A stretch of 62,425 bases of DNA, counting the filler, from Ionaspis alba (taxonomy: Eukaryota), in the NCBI GenBank assembly GCA_964255285.1. It is 9 parts of 9 records of this genome, joined end to end, with 100 filler letters (N's around TTAATTAATTAA, not from the genome) between each part and the next. Parts side by side here need not be neighbours in the genome. Positions count along the whole stretch, not along the records: positions 1 to 6,891 come from CAXUUL010000880.1; positions 6,992 to 13,861 come from CAXUUL010000881.1; 7 more parts are not named here. One strand, written 5' to 3'. A model generated the notes under the pieces. That model had not been told where the DNA came from. It saw only the letters and a list, made by a program, of their open reading frames with translations, and searched no databases. Positions 1 to 11,725 of the stretch are shown here, piece after piece; the stretch's first letter is position 1, and the number at the start of each line of letters is the position of its first letter. The position numbers were made by a program, and so were the translations under genes.

Positions 1-55
1 GTATAGAGTGACTTCTGGGTACCTCTTTCTCTGGCTTAAATCGAAATGGCTCGAG

Positions 56-428
56 TTGCCTCAGCTCTCAGACAGGGTGGTAGGCTAAAAAAGTCTCCCT
101 CCCGTCTGAGAGCATATTAGCGAAAATCTCGTGAATTTTATTAATTTTGCAATACAATATCTCTATCAATTTTATATTTAATCGAGCAAAAATTGCGTTC
201 GGGACGAAATTCAACGATTCTTAATATATTATACGTATTATATATAAATAAATATATGTCGTTGTCGTATATTATCTCGCGATATAACGTTATTATTTTT
301 AATTTTGGTATCGTGATCTAAACTACGCCGATTGTACACGATATATTTGAAGTTCACGGATTTTTCGCTAGTTTGGTCTCAGACCCTACACAGCGTGTAC
401 GCTGTGTAGGATCTGAGAACTGAGGCAA
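56..428. mobile_element. Non-autonomous DNA transposon / MITE-like element (373 bp)
   Basis: 17-bp terminal inverted repeats TTGCCTCAGCTCTCAGA (56-72) and TCTGAGAACTGAGGCAA (412-428), 16/17 match. Identical 8-bp flanking direct repeat GGCTCGAG at 48-55 and 429-436. AT-rich non-coding interior. Confidence 0.8.
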
Positions 429-841
429 GGCTCGAGGGCAGAATTTAAAGCTTGGCAGCTCCTGCTATGCGGTGTCATTCTAAATGCCCCTACAACCTAG
501 ATCTGTCGTAGTGATCTTCTAATCTAGACGTAGAGAAACTTTGGGAGCTTCCCAAGTTCTTCCAATACTTCTAGATGCTTTAGTAATTAAAATGTCAAAA
601 TATAATGGAGGCTTCCCGCATGGAATATTTACAGCGCGTTGTTCTACGTAGACTTATGATATCATCAGGCGCAGATTTACCAGTTACACACGGAGCTTCG
701 AGCTCTTGACAACACACTAAAAAATCATCATGACCATGGACAGATATTACCTGCGAAAATTCGGGTTGCAGACTGTGAGAAGTAGACCCGCGCAATAATT
801 GTGGTGACTCTACAACACTTGGAACGTCCTCCCGTGTCACA

Positions 842-2713
842 ATGGCTTCTACAGCCACAGAATCCTCACCTCTCATTCAACATGCTCCCTCTGAAAGCAC
901 CCCTACCAGGGCTCAAAGAACCGTGACTTTTAGCCCAGAAGCAACATTCAGTCCCACTCGCCCCTCAGTACCTGGTGCATCGACACTGCGGTCAACTCCC
1001 CTCACGACCCCAACCTCTTCGTCCTCCCAATATGGATTGGCTGGCCAGCCCATGCTGTCCGCATTGAATAGTAAAATTCGGAGGAGAAACAGCCATGGCG
1101 CGCCTCTCGCAGTTCCGCAGATACCCCCCTTGACAGCTTCGAAAATTGGACCTCAAAGAACGACAAAGAATGCACAGAAACTCAAACTACTTCCAAACCC
1201 CGATCCTGGCGAAGATGGACCGGATGAGGAGAGCGGAAGAGACGTCTATTCGCAATTCACAAGGATAAAAGACCCAACTGCGAGAAGAGACGCAGCCAGA
1301 CTTGGAAAGGCAGATCGGGATAGGCTACCGAGGGTCACGGCATACTGCACTGCAAACGCCTACCGGTTAGACGGGCTAATGAAGTTCTTGAAGGGGAGAG
1401 GAAGGACAAGAGGCGCTAATCCGAAGCAATTTGACGAATGCATATATTCGCCATATCGGTACGGTCGTTCGAAACCAGACAAGGCGGCCGACCATCTTCC
1501 GGTCGAGGATGGCATCAACGGCGCATCCAGTCTTCCCCCTCCAATGGCGGAGCGAAGGCATTCAGATAGTGACTTAGAGGTTGATATCAACACTCAAAAC
1601 CGTCGGGAAGACCTCATAGACCTCCATACCGCAGCTGGCGTCACCCTCCTCGAGAACGGCGAAAGCTCAGTACCCAACCACACGGCCAGCGAAATGGAGC
1701 AACCACATCCTCCCACCCCTGATACCCTCGACTTCGACACTCAAGTGCACACGCCCGAAGTGTTTCTCTTCGAATACGGCACCGTTGTCATATGGGGCAT
1801 GACTCTAGCGCAAGAAGAACGTTTCTTAAAAGATATCTCCAAGTTCGAGACAGAGAAACTGGCGGAAGATGACGTGCAGACGGAGAATTTTAACTTCTAC
1901 TACACGAAGGAGTACTCTGCCAGAGTGTACAACGATTTCATCTCACTCCGAGAAAAGAAGAACTACATGACCAAATTGGCCATCAGTCATGCCCTGGCTC
2001 AAAGCGTTAAGGTATACTTCCCATCCTCTGTTTCCTTGCACGCAAAATCCATATACATTGCAACTACTCCCACAACACTTTTTCATACCCCAGCAAAAAT
2101 CATACGATATCCTCCCCTTCTCTAATCGTTTGTTCTAGCTTTACTGACTCCGTTCCCACCAGACGTCTCTCTTCGAAGACCTCCTCTCCACAACCATAAC
2201 CGCCACCACACCTCTCCCGGCTCTCCTTGCTACCACCGGATCCATCTCCCTTAGTCGTCTCGCCATCAATAAAAAGATCGGCGAGCTCTTCATTCTACGC
2301 ATCAATATCCATCTACAAGGTTCCGTCCTCGACTCCCCCGAGCTCATGTGGGCGGAACCCCAATTAGAGCCTGTGTACGGTGCCGTGCGAAGTTATCTGG
2401 AGATGGATCAGCGCGTGGGACTGCTGATGGAGAGGCTGGATGTGTTGGGGGATTTGTTGGCTGTGCTGAAGGATCAGGTTCGGACGAGTCATGGGGAGTA
2501 TTTGGAGTGGATTGGTATGTCTGTCCTTCCTCCATGTGTAGCCCTCACGTCTAGCATCGAATTGGAAAACGGTCTCCGGACAAAGCTCTATGGCCTAGAC
2601 TCAACGGTAAATGATGCTGACATCTGCGTTGTCTAGTGATTATTCTCATCGCAGCAGAGATTCTGGTCGCGGCGATCAATATTGTGGTGGATTTGTACGC
2701 CGGAGTCGATTAA
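842..2713 (+). CDS. RMD1: RMD1/Sif2-family sporulation protein (DUF155)
   Basis: Exons 842-2011, 2163-2514, 2637-2713 with GT-AG introns. Motifs LPRVTAYCTA, EVFLFEYGTVVIWG, KLAISHALAQSVK-TSLFE, LDSPELMW, HGEYLEWIVIILIAAEI (C-terminal TM). Confidence 0.85.
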
Positions 2714-3123
2714 TCAGTAACGCACGGAAGGGTGTTATAAACGTTTAGAGGTGTTACGAAGAGGCGGTCAAGAGTGTTGGATGGGAGTGTTCCGCCTTCG
2801 CATGCACGCATCTGTCATGCAGCTTCCGCCGCTTCTTGTGTAAATATTTTTTGGAGGGATACCAAGCGCCTCATGTGTATAGCAGGAANNNNNNNNNNNN
2901 NNNNNNNNNNNNNNNNNNNNNNNNNNNNNNNNNNNNNNNNNNNNNNNNNNNNNNNNNNNNNNNNNNNNNNNNNNNNNNNNNNNNNNNNTATGCCAGTTTC
3001 TAGTGTACAAGTCCACCACGCCTTGACCATGGTATTCCCATAGCCAAAAGGCTACCCTATCCAAAGGTAGCCAGAATCCTACCATACCATCCCGGTGCCT
3101 TGTAAACCAGGTTCTGCCACGCT

Positions 3124-4100
3124 TTACCCATTAACAGCAGTAAAGCTCCCAGCATCTTCGTCTCCGCCCGCCCTCCACTCACTCATCTGCGTCTCATAAT
3201 TCTCCACAACCTCCTCATACCTATCCCGCCACAGATTCTTGTCCATGTCTGACATCTCCTTCCAAGCCTTACGATAATAAGCCGGAAGCTCCTCGACTGA
3301 CACGCCCGGCTGGAGCCGTCCTGGCGTTTGCAAATCTTCGCTCATCATGCGCGAGACGTAGAGATCCATTGGCGATCGTGGGGGCTCATGGGGTGGTGGA
3401 GCGCTGCCTCGAGTTGTGCTTGCGTTGTTAGGAGGGGCGTGGATACCTAGCTGGGTTGATGGTGCCGGGATGTAGGGTGCGAGTGGTTGGAGTGGGTTGG
3501 GTGTGATGGGTGTGCCGTTTGCTTGGGACATGGTGGAGAAGACGGAGGCGCCGGGTGTGAGGGTGTGCGATTGAGGCATCGTTGATTGGTGGGTCTGCGA
3601 GGAAGGAGCTGGATGTATGGAAGCTGGTGGGGGAGTTGGGCCGCGGCGGTGACCGCGTTTGGTGCGGAGAGGTTTCTCTTGAGGCTGTTGTTCATTAGTG
3701 AGCTTCTTGAGCGTGGACTTGGTATGGACTTGACGATGTGAACTTGGCGGACAATCGGTGCAGTGATGTGAGAAGGTATACTTACAGTTGGTGGACCCTC
3801 GCTACTCCCCTCACTATCATCATCATAGACAGCGTTTGGACCACCGATGCCGTTCTTCTTCATACGCTTGCTGAGAGTCTCCAGAAGCATAGCGCGCTCG
3901 AGGCGCATTTTACGGATGCCGCGCATGAGGCGGACTTTGCGAAGGCGGAAAGCATCGTTCGATTCCTCGACTTCGGTCATGCGTCTTTTGAGCTCAACGC
4001 ATTTTCTCTTGTAGGCCATCTCGACAGTTGGAGGAAGAACTGGAGGTATGGCGTTGGTGGGAGCTGTCCGTCCACGTCGTCGTCTGTTAGTCATTGCCAT
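3124..4100 (-). CDS. INO80-associated Nhp10-like coiled-coil/HMG-box protein
   Basis: Exon 1 4100-3786 (LPPTVEMAYKRKCVELKRR...IRKMRLERAMLLE), intron 3785-3685, exon 2 PQEKPLRTKR... with HMG-like tail (KAWKEMSDMDKNLWRDRYEE). Confidence 0.65.
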
Positions 4101-4966
4101 TTGAGAACTTTTCATTCTATAAGAAAATGGAAAGTGGACGTGAAGGAGAAGGAGGAGCAGAAAAGGAAGACTAAAACGCGCAGCAGTCGAGATATTGATT
4201 GTNNNNNNNNNNNNNNNNNNNNNNNNNNNNNNNNNNNNNNNNNNNNNNNNNNNNNNNNNNNNNNNNNNNNNNNNNNNNNNNNNNNNNNNNNNNNNNNNNN
4301 NNAGAGTTCTTTTCACTCGCAGTGCAATCACGGTAGAAAGATTCTTCAACAGCGCGAGAAAGAAAACTTGGTAACTCACAGATGTTTGACTCCTTCGAGG
4401 AAACCATAATTGCGGATCTGGGCTTGTTTCCGAAAGCGCGACGTGTCGAATGAACGTATTATGAGACAAAAATTACGGAAACTATTGATAGAAGCGCATA
4501 TCAGGCTTCCAGCAGCATATGGGCGGCCTACCAATCTGTCTATGGTAATCTCTTGGGGGCAGTAAACCTTGATGAGTACGAGATGTGGTCAATTGACATG
4601 ACTTGAGGTTGCAATCCCAGGAGATGCGGACATCTCAGCACGGGAGAATGTACAAGCACGGCACCACGATGTTAGGGCAGTGCGGCTTGGCAGATCATGC
4701 ACCTAGTGCAAAATAATTTTCTGGCCAGCTAATTTTCTTTCGTATGAACTATCATCCTGCATTCGCGGCGTTTCTGTACAAGAACGCTTGACAAAACCCC
4801 ATGTCTACCCATCGTACGCATTAAACCCCTCAATTTACCACAACACCTCAATGTCCTATATGCTTGGATTCAACAACCTGTACAAGGCACAACCTATTTA
4901 CAACGAGCTCCCATGGCTCCCATTTCGAGCAATTCGCTCAAGTCTAGAAACACTCTCCCAAACCTC

Positions 4967-6891
4967 CTAATCTCCATCCGTGATACACCCATGACTGGCA
5001 TCTTGCACAAGCCTACCACAAAAATTAGCACCACCCTCCCAAGCACCCACACTTCTCACAGAAAAACTCACCTAGCATACTTCTTCAACGTTCCCTTCTG
5101 ATACTTCAGCTCCGGCCTCTTCCACTCCTTCCTCCTCCTCACCAATTCTTCCTCCCCAACCCTCAAATCCAATCTCCTCTCCACAGCATCAATACTCACC
5201 ACATCCCCATCCCTCACCAGCCCAATCGGCCCACCCTCCTGCGCCTCAGGAACAATATGCCCAATCAAAAATCCGTGACTGCCGCCACTAAATCTCCCAT
5301 CCGTAATAAGTGCCACATCCTTGCCCAGTCCCGCGCCCATGATCGCCGAACTGGGCTTCAACATCTCGGGCATGCCAGGCCCGCCTTTAGGTCCCTCGTA
5401 GCGGATCACCACAACTGTCTTGTCGCCCTTTTTAATCTGCCCCTGCTCGAGCGCGAGGATCATTTCGTCTTCGGAGTCGAAAACTCGCGCTTTGCCGGTG
5501 AAAGTCATACCCTCTTTGCCGGTGATTTTGCCGACGCATCCGCCTGGCGCGAGACTCCCGCGCAGGATCTGGATGTGGCCGGTATTTTTGATGGGATTGC
5601 TCAGGGGTCGGATGATCGTCTGGTCGGAGGGGAAGTCGAGGGCTTTTTCGAGGTTTTGGGCTAGGGTTTGTCCTGTGACGGTCATCCCGCTACCGTCGAT
5701 CAGACCCTCTTTGAGGAGGAGCTTGAGGAGTGCAGGTGTTCCGCCGATGTTATGTAGATCCGCCATGACGTATTTGCCAGAGGGCTTTAAGTCCGCAAGG
5801 AAGGGCGTGCGGTCGCTGACGGATTGGAAGTCGTCGATTGTTAGCTTGACGTCAACGGAGTCCGCAATAGCAATGAGATGCAGGACGGCATTTGTGGAGC
5901 CCCCGGTGATATTCACCACGACCATGGCGTTCTCAAAAGCCTTGCGAGTGAGGATATCTCTAGGCCGGATGTCTTCTTCCAAGAGTTTCTTGATAGCACC
6001 GCCCGCCGCTAGACACTCAAGCTGCTTGGCTTTTGATTCCGCCGGATTAGAGGACGAGCCAGGGAGGGTCATGCCCATCACTTCGATAGCTGTGGCCATT
6101 GTATTAGCTGTGTACATGCCGCCGCATGCGCCACCACCGGGACAGGCATTTCGGATGATGTCGAAGCGCTGGGCTTCGGTGATCTCGCCCGTGATGAATT
6201 GGCCGTAGGCTTGGAAGGCGGAGACGATGTCGATGTCAGCGTTATTTTGCGTCACGGCACAACCTGGTTTGATAGTGCCACCGTAAACCATCAGGGAGGG
6301 TCGATTGACTCTTCCCATTGCCATTACAACACCGGGCATGTTCTTGTCACACCCTGGTATTGAGATATTGGCGTCGTACCATTGCCCTCCCATAACGGTC
6401 TCAATTGAGTCTGCGATCAGGTCTCGAGATTGTAGAGAGTACCGCATGCCTTTCGTACCCATTGATATAGCATCGCTCACACCAATGGTATTGAATTGGT
6501 AGCCAATCAGCCCTGAGCGCTCCACACCTTCTTTTACTCTGTTGTTCAAGTCCAGGAGATGCATATTGCAAGGGTTGCCCGAGTACCAGACGGATGAGAT
6601 ACCGACTTGGGCTTTAGACATATCTGAGGGTTCAAGACCGGTGGCGTACAGCATTGCCTGGGAAGCTCCCTGGGATTTTGGTTGAGTGACATGCTGACTC
6701 GTCTTGTTCAATTGCGGTGACGATTGATCTTTCCGTCGTGCGGTCGTAGTTGATAGTGGCTTTCTGCTGGAAAGAACGTGGTTAGACTGATTGTTTGCAA
6801 TCTACGTCCATGATACTCACATTGTGCCGTATGACCTGAACACGAGAGTAGGTGCTCGAGCCCTGGAAGGGCTTAGGCGCGTGAGCCACAT
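4967..6891 (-). CDS. ILV3: Dihydroxy-acid dehydratase, mitochondrial
   Basis: [49 protein letters not shown] and [11 protein letters not shown] motifs. Arg/Ser-rich presequence exon from ATG 6891. Last intron 5071-5013, ending [14 protein letters not shown]. Confidence 0.97.
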
Positions 6892-6991
6892 NNNNNNNNN
6901 NNNNNNNNNNNNNNNNNNNNNNNNNNNNNNNNNNNTTAATTAATTAANNNNNNNNNNNNNNNNNNNNNNNNNNNNNNNNNNNNNNNNNNNN
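6892..6991. other. Artificial contig linker (N44-TTAATTAATTAA-N44); also at ~13906, 20876, 27825, 34774, 41717, 48642, 55561
   Basis: Identical 12-mer giving stops in all six frames, always centred in a 100-nt N block. Confidence 0.97.
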
Positions 6992-7300
6992 TTCCTCATT
7001 GCTCCACATGAAGCGACCATGTTCCCTCCCGAGGATAGAAAACGGTAAGTAGCTAGTTGAACATTACAAACTATTTGAACCCTCCAACTATTTATGCCGG
7101 ACAAAGCTGGTGACTTCTGGCATTGCCGGTACACTAAGGCTCGATCGACTCGATGCAATGCTGCTTTCCGTTTGTATAGGATTATCGGACCGTGTGACCG
7201 CGGTCGCGGTCGCGTTCACTCTAACCGGCGCCGTTTCAATAGGTGTAGGCATTGCGATTGATTTCCTGGTATCTTTAGCTGGACCACAGAACATGTCTGT

Positions 7301-10300
7301 TTATGATGGAATGTACCTTATAACCGGTGTGAGCTGAGTGGCGCATGAGTCTCCGACACAGTCAACATACGCCAACTGTTCCATTTGCTCGTCTAGCATA
7401 CGAACATGTTCCTCGAGCGCTATAGCGTCGGCAACGTACTCTTCTAGTTCCTCCGGAGTGGGCCGGCGTGATGAATTACCGATATCGAAGACGAACTCGT
7501 CGCGCTTTCTGAACGGTGGGCTTTTACCCACAATCAAATCTCCGGGGATAGCGCTTCCGAATCTAGCTTCAAAGGTACGTCCGTGCCTGGCGAAGTATGA
7601 GTCCCCGTTGAGGATCGCGAAGGTGGGATCGTCGATGAGCATCTTCGGATAACACTGATTCGCGCTAAGGCCATCGTCCCTGAGCTGTGCAAGGGCAACA
7701 CCTTCCATGTCGAAAGACATCGACATCACTAGAGATATTAGTCAACGTGATAAGGGAGAAAGAAAACTCCACACAACGTCCATGACCGGTGCTCGCACTG
7801 CCAAGTGAGGAACGGTACTTTTTCGAGATACAGCTCTGCGCTATCCATTTCCCTCTCAGCAGTGCGAGGCTCGGTACAGATGCCTGGGGGTGGAACAATA
7901 TCGTAGGTCTTTCTTCACTCACCTTTTAGAGTTAACTCCTTCTTGCAACGTGTTGTCTCCGCTCTTCGACCCGATGGTTGATCGATTTTCTCACTACCAG
8001 GCTCGCAACGTTCAGCGGCATGCTCGGGGCAGAGACCATTCCAAAGCCCGCCCGCGCCTGTGTTATCCTCCAAGTGGTTATAACGAATCATCTGACCACT
8101 ATCACCTTGCCAAAAATGCTGTGGAGGCCATTCATCACGTTGACATCTGGCTTGGGGACGTCGCATCCAACTCCTCCATGCGATCACATGTTCCCGTGAC
8201 CATTTCGCCGTTGCTGTTCCTCCATTCATGAACTTTCGTGGGGGGACAAACTCAGAGCACGTGACTGGATTGAAATCATGTCGGTTGGCCTCTCTGATCA
8301 CGGAGGAGTAATGCATGCATGCTTGAGGCCACCTTTCACCCAGACATACCTTCTGCACGGTCTGGTAATGAGTGGTTGTCGCGGTGTATGACGTTACAGG
8401 TTTCATGCAGTTGGCCGCAGGAGCTCTCTCGTCGAGATTTCTCGCCTTGATGCTGCACGAATTATCTTTGGTACTTGTTTTGGGAGGATCATGGCTCGTG
8501 GTTGGAGGCCTGGTTTCAGTAGGCTTTTTGGTGGGCTTGTCCATCGAAAGGGTATGTTTCTTACCAAAGACTTTGAACTCGGCTTTACCTTCCTTTTCGA
8601 TGCCTTTGACACAGCCTTGGATTATTGCAGGGGTAGCAGCAATTTCTGCAATATCTGCGATTTCTCCGATGATTGGGATAAGGTCTTCCAACAGCTCGAG
8701 TGGTGCAAGGAGGGCAGGAACGGCAATTCGGCAGAACGCTTTTGCAGCAACATCGAGCGCAGCCTGCTCCGCTGCTGCTTCTGCTGTCGCCTTAGCAGCA
8801 TCCTTTGCGTCCTGCTCAAGCTTTTTCTTCGATGGGGCGGCCTTGAACCCGGCACAACAGTAGCTTTGGAGACCTCCGTTGCATGTCTGGTCACCTTTCT
8901 TCTTGTCGTGGTTGTTCTTGTTAGTGGTGACTTCAGTCTCGCCGTCCGCGCAACCACTAATACAGGACAGTCCCGCTCCTCTAAATCCGCGCCATTGGCA
9001 TTTACCCATTTTCGTACCGTCGTCGCAGCATACCGCCTGATATTTGCCTTTATCACAACGAGATGATGTGCTCAGTTGGCCAGGCTGTCCATTGGTCTCT
9101 GTGACTTTGTTGGTGCCAGCCGGGCAGCTCGAACCACAGGCAGTTGTACGACAAGTGACACCAGCCTGTTGGTCAGCAGACATTTGTTGGGCAGTGTTTG
9201 TCTGAGAAGATGTGACATCTGGGTCAGGACCAAGACCGTTGGACGCGGTTTGGTCAACCTGATCCATAGCCCAGATCATAAGCCCCCCCAAGCAGCGACT
9301 ATTGGCAAAGTCCTTCTTTTGCTTGAACGTATCGGCATCATCGTAGGATACCCATTGGTTTGAATCCCAACTTACCTTGAAAGAAGTAGGGTCAGCATGG
9401 TCGTTTTCAATTCGAATACCAAAAGGCTTCATTCCAAGATATACATACCCACTTGACACCTGCGACTCGATCCCATACTGTCTTAAGGTTGTTCTTGGAA
9501 ATGATGTCGAATATTTCTTGGTTGTCGAGGATACCTGCTGCATTCGAACATGGACCAGCTTTGGCAGGACCGGAAAATTGGCAGATCCCGTTAGGCGTAT
9601 TACAAGAAGGATCCGACAGGGTGAAGCTGCGTCCATACCAGCCTTGGCCCATGACTACCTTATCAGAAGTAACACCAGCTCGCCATAGTAAATCCAGCCC
9701 AAGATCGATTTCCGTGATATTCGTATGTGGTGCAACATAAGGACCAACGAACCTAGACGCCTTATCCCAGACACCATGTAAATCATAGGCCATCAGGTTG
9801 AACCAGTCGATATGCCGCTGGATTCCTGGCAGGTCGAAGTGTTGAAGATACCAGTAGGAAGTTGGAAGAGTCATACTAATTCCATATTTGGAGCCGAATG
9901 CTGCCTTAAGCTCCTGGGCAAGAAGCACATAGTTAGCAGAGTCTGATGACTTTCCACCACGGTCATCAGCGCCTGGGTATTCCCAATCAAGGTCAACACC
10001 ATCAAAACCGTAGGTGCTTATGAACTGCATCAGACCTTGAATGAATTTGGCGCGGTTGCCTTGAGAGCTGGTCATATCACTAAAAGCAGACTGTGTTGGT
10101 CCTGGGTCGGTGAAAGACCAGCCTCCAACGGAGATCCATGTCTGCAGTCCACTATGCTTCTCCTTTAGACTAGTTACACGATTGTATAGCGATGCACCGT
10201 TGGCGTCCATGGGCGTGATCTGGAAAGTTGAAGGATCAAAGAAGGAGAAGGCGAAATTGAGGTGTGTAAAACCATTAAGATTTAAGTCCTCCGGGGCTAT

Positions 10301-10828
10301 CTTTGAGCATTGGCGCGTGTTCGACCAGCTTTCGTAATACCCAATTGTTCGTTTCGAAACGCTGTTGCCACCTCCGCAACTGGGTCTGTTAACATCCCCA
10401 CAGCCACCATATTTTGTATCACAATTTGGATAAACAGGATCTTTGGCGTTCTTCCACGTACAGAACTCGGTAGTTGATCCACAGAAACCGAACTCAGAAC
10501 AGCAGACGCTAAGCGGGCATTTTTGAGAGCCTGGCGGAGCATATGGGCCACATTGGGATTTGGCGTCACAATTAGACTGACAGCCATCGCCGCAAAAATC
10601 TTTCGAATATCCACACAAGTTAGTCTTACCGCAACAGGCTCCATTGGCGCATGGTGTTTGAGCATTACAGGTCCCAATAGGCAAGTCTCTGGCCGCAAGA
10701 GGAACTGTTGTCAATCGGGGATGCAGAGACTGTCCACGAGCGTTTAGCCGGATGCCATATGTAGAAGTAGCAGCAGCAACAAGACATAGATAGCTGGCAA
10801 AGAGAGTGATGCAAGTGTTAGGACGCAT
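7301..10828 (-). CDS. Secreted killer-toxin-like (subgroup C) GH18 chitinase with 2 CBM18 domains and a C-terminal NucA/NucB-like nuclease domain
   Basis: Signal peptide; two hevein-like Cys modules (CCGKTNLCG, CCSEFGFCG); GH18 motifs SVGGW and FDGVDLDWEYPG (catalytic DxxDxDxE intact). Exons 10828-9449, 9375-7923, 7728-7301. C-terminal WPQACMH...RDEWPP...IRY...DNTGAG motifs. Confidence 0.88.
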
Positions 10829-11725
10829 AGTGTTTAATAACAGTTTATATAAGTTTAGCCCAAAGCCAAGTTTGCAGAAGTGGATTCAAAGCGAAGTCCT
10901 AAAGAATGATGAACAGTCTCAAGCACCTAGAAGAACGAGTTCCATAGCTAAATTGATAGACAGGGAAAGAAAATACGCCCCGACGAGCGAAGGGATATAA
11001 GGAGAGTGAGAAAGGAAAAAGGAAGACGCCATACAGATCGGTGGCAGAAAAGATCAGGAGACCCCGTCCTCCAGGATTGAGCTAACTAGATACCCTGAAA
11101 AGATGCATCTGAACTGCTGAAGCCTGAGCGGTAAGATTGAGACTTAGAAAGAGCAAGAATACTATTGAGACCCAAATGTTGTGTGACAGTAATCATTTTG
11201 ATTATCATTGTCCACAGCGAGTCACCGCCTCGTCCGCCGGATCCATGAGGATGAGGCACGAGGCATGAAGAGTGATACGGCAGATATCTGAGGTATGGAA
11301 NNNNNNNNNNNNNNNNNNNNNNNNNNNNNNNNNNNNNNNNNNNNNNNNNNNNNNNNNNNNNNNNNNNNNNNNNNNNNNNNNNNNNNNNNNNNNNNNNNNN
11401 TAGTTGCTGCCTGCAAGAAGGGCGCGTAGAGTGGACGAAGTTCTGATTCAGCTTAAATCTGCCTGCTGACGCACTATCAGACGCAGCAGCACATGCTTGT
11501 TCCTACTCGGAGATACGTGCTTTGGCACATCTTACATGTATTGATTGCTTTTCAGCCGTTCCTTTTCTCAAACAGAATCTCACCCTTTATGTTGCCGAGG
11601 TGTTTTGCTCTTCAATGTTATCCTACCTAACCCGCACGAACGACCCAAAGGTTTGCTATATTCTTTTGCTCATCTGAATTCCACAGCGAAAAGACATTGT
11701 TTGGTTAGATCGCTCTTTAGAAAAA

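Noticed and set aside
140..350. AT-rich tract as a RIP-degraded retroelement or organellar insertion
   Set aside because: No coding remnants seen; it is the interior of the TIR-bounded element.
3447..4469. 340-aa ORF read as a single gene
   Set aside because: It reads through an N gap and an intron. The real gene starts at 4100 and splices at 3785.
5420..6208. 262-aa + strand ORF, and similar antisense ORFs over the chitinase, RhoGAP, LAM and PRM1 genes
   Set aside because: Shadow ORFs opposite well-supported genes, with no recognisable motifs.
6936..6947. TTAATTAATTAA recurring at roughly 7-kb intervals, resembling a regularly spaced repeat
   Set aside because: Always embedded in N runs and gives six-frame stops. 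It is an assembly linker, not biology, and neighbourhoods across it were not interpreted.
7915..9636. 573-aa ORF as a separate gene downstream of the chitinase
   Set aside because: It holds the remainder of the GH18 barrel (WVSYDD, LGGLMIWAMD) and joins exon 1 through the 9448-9376 intron.
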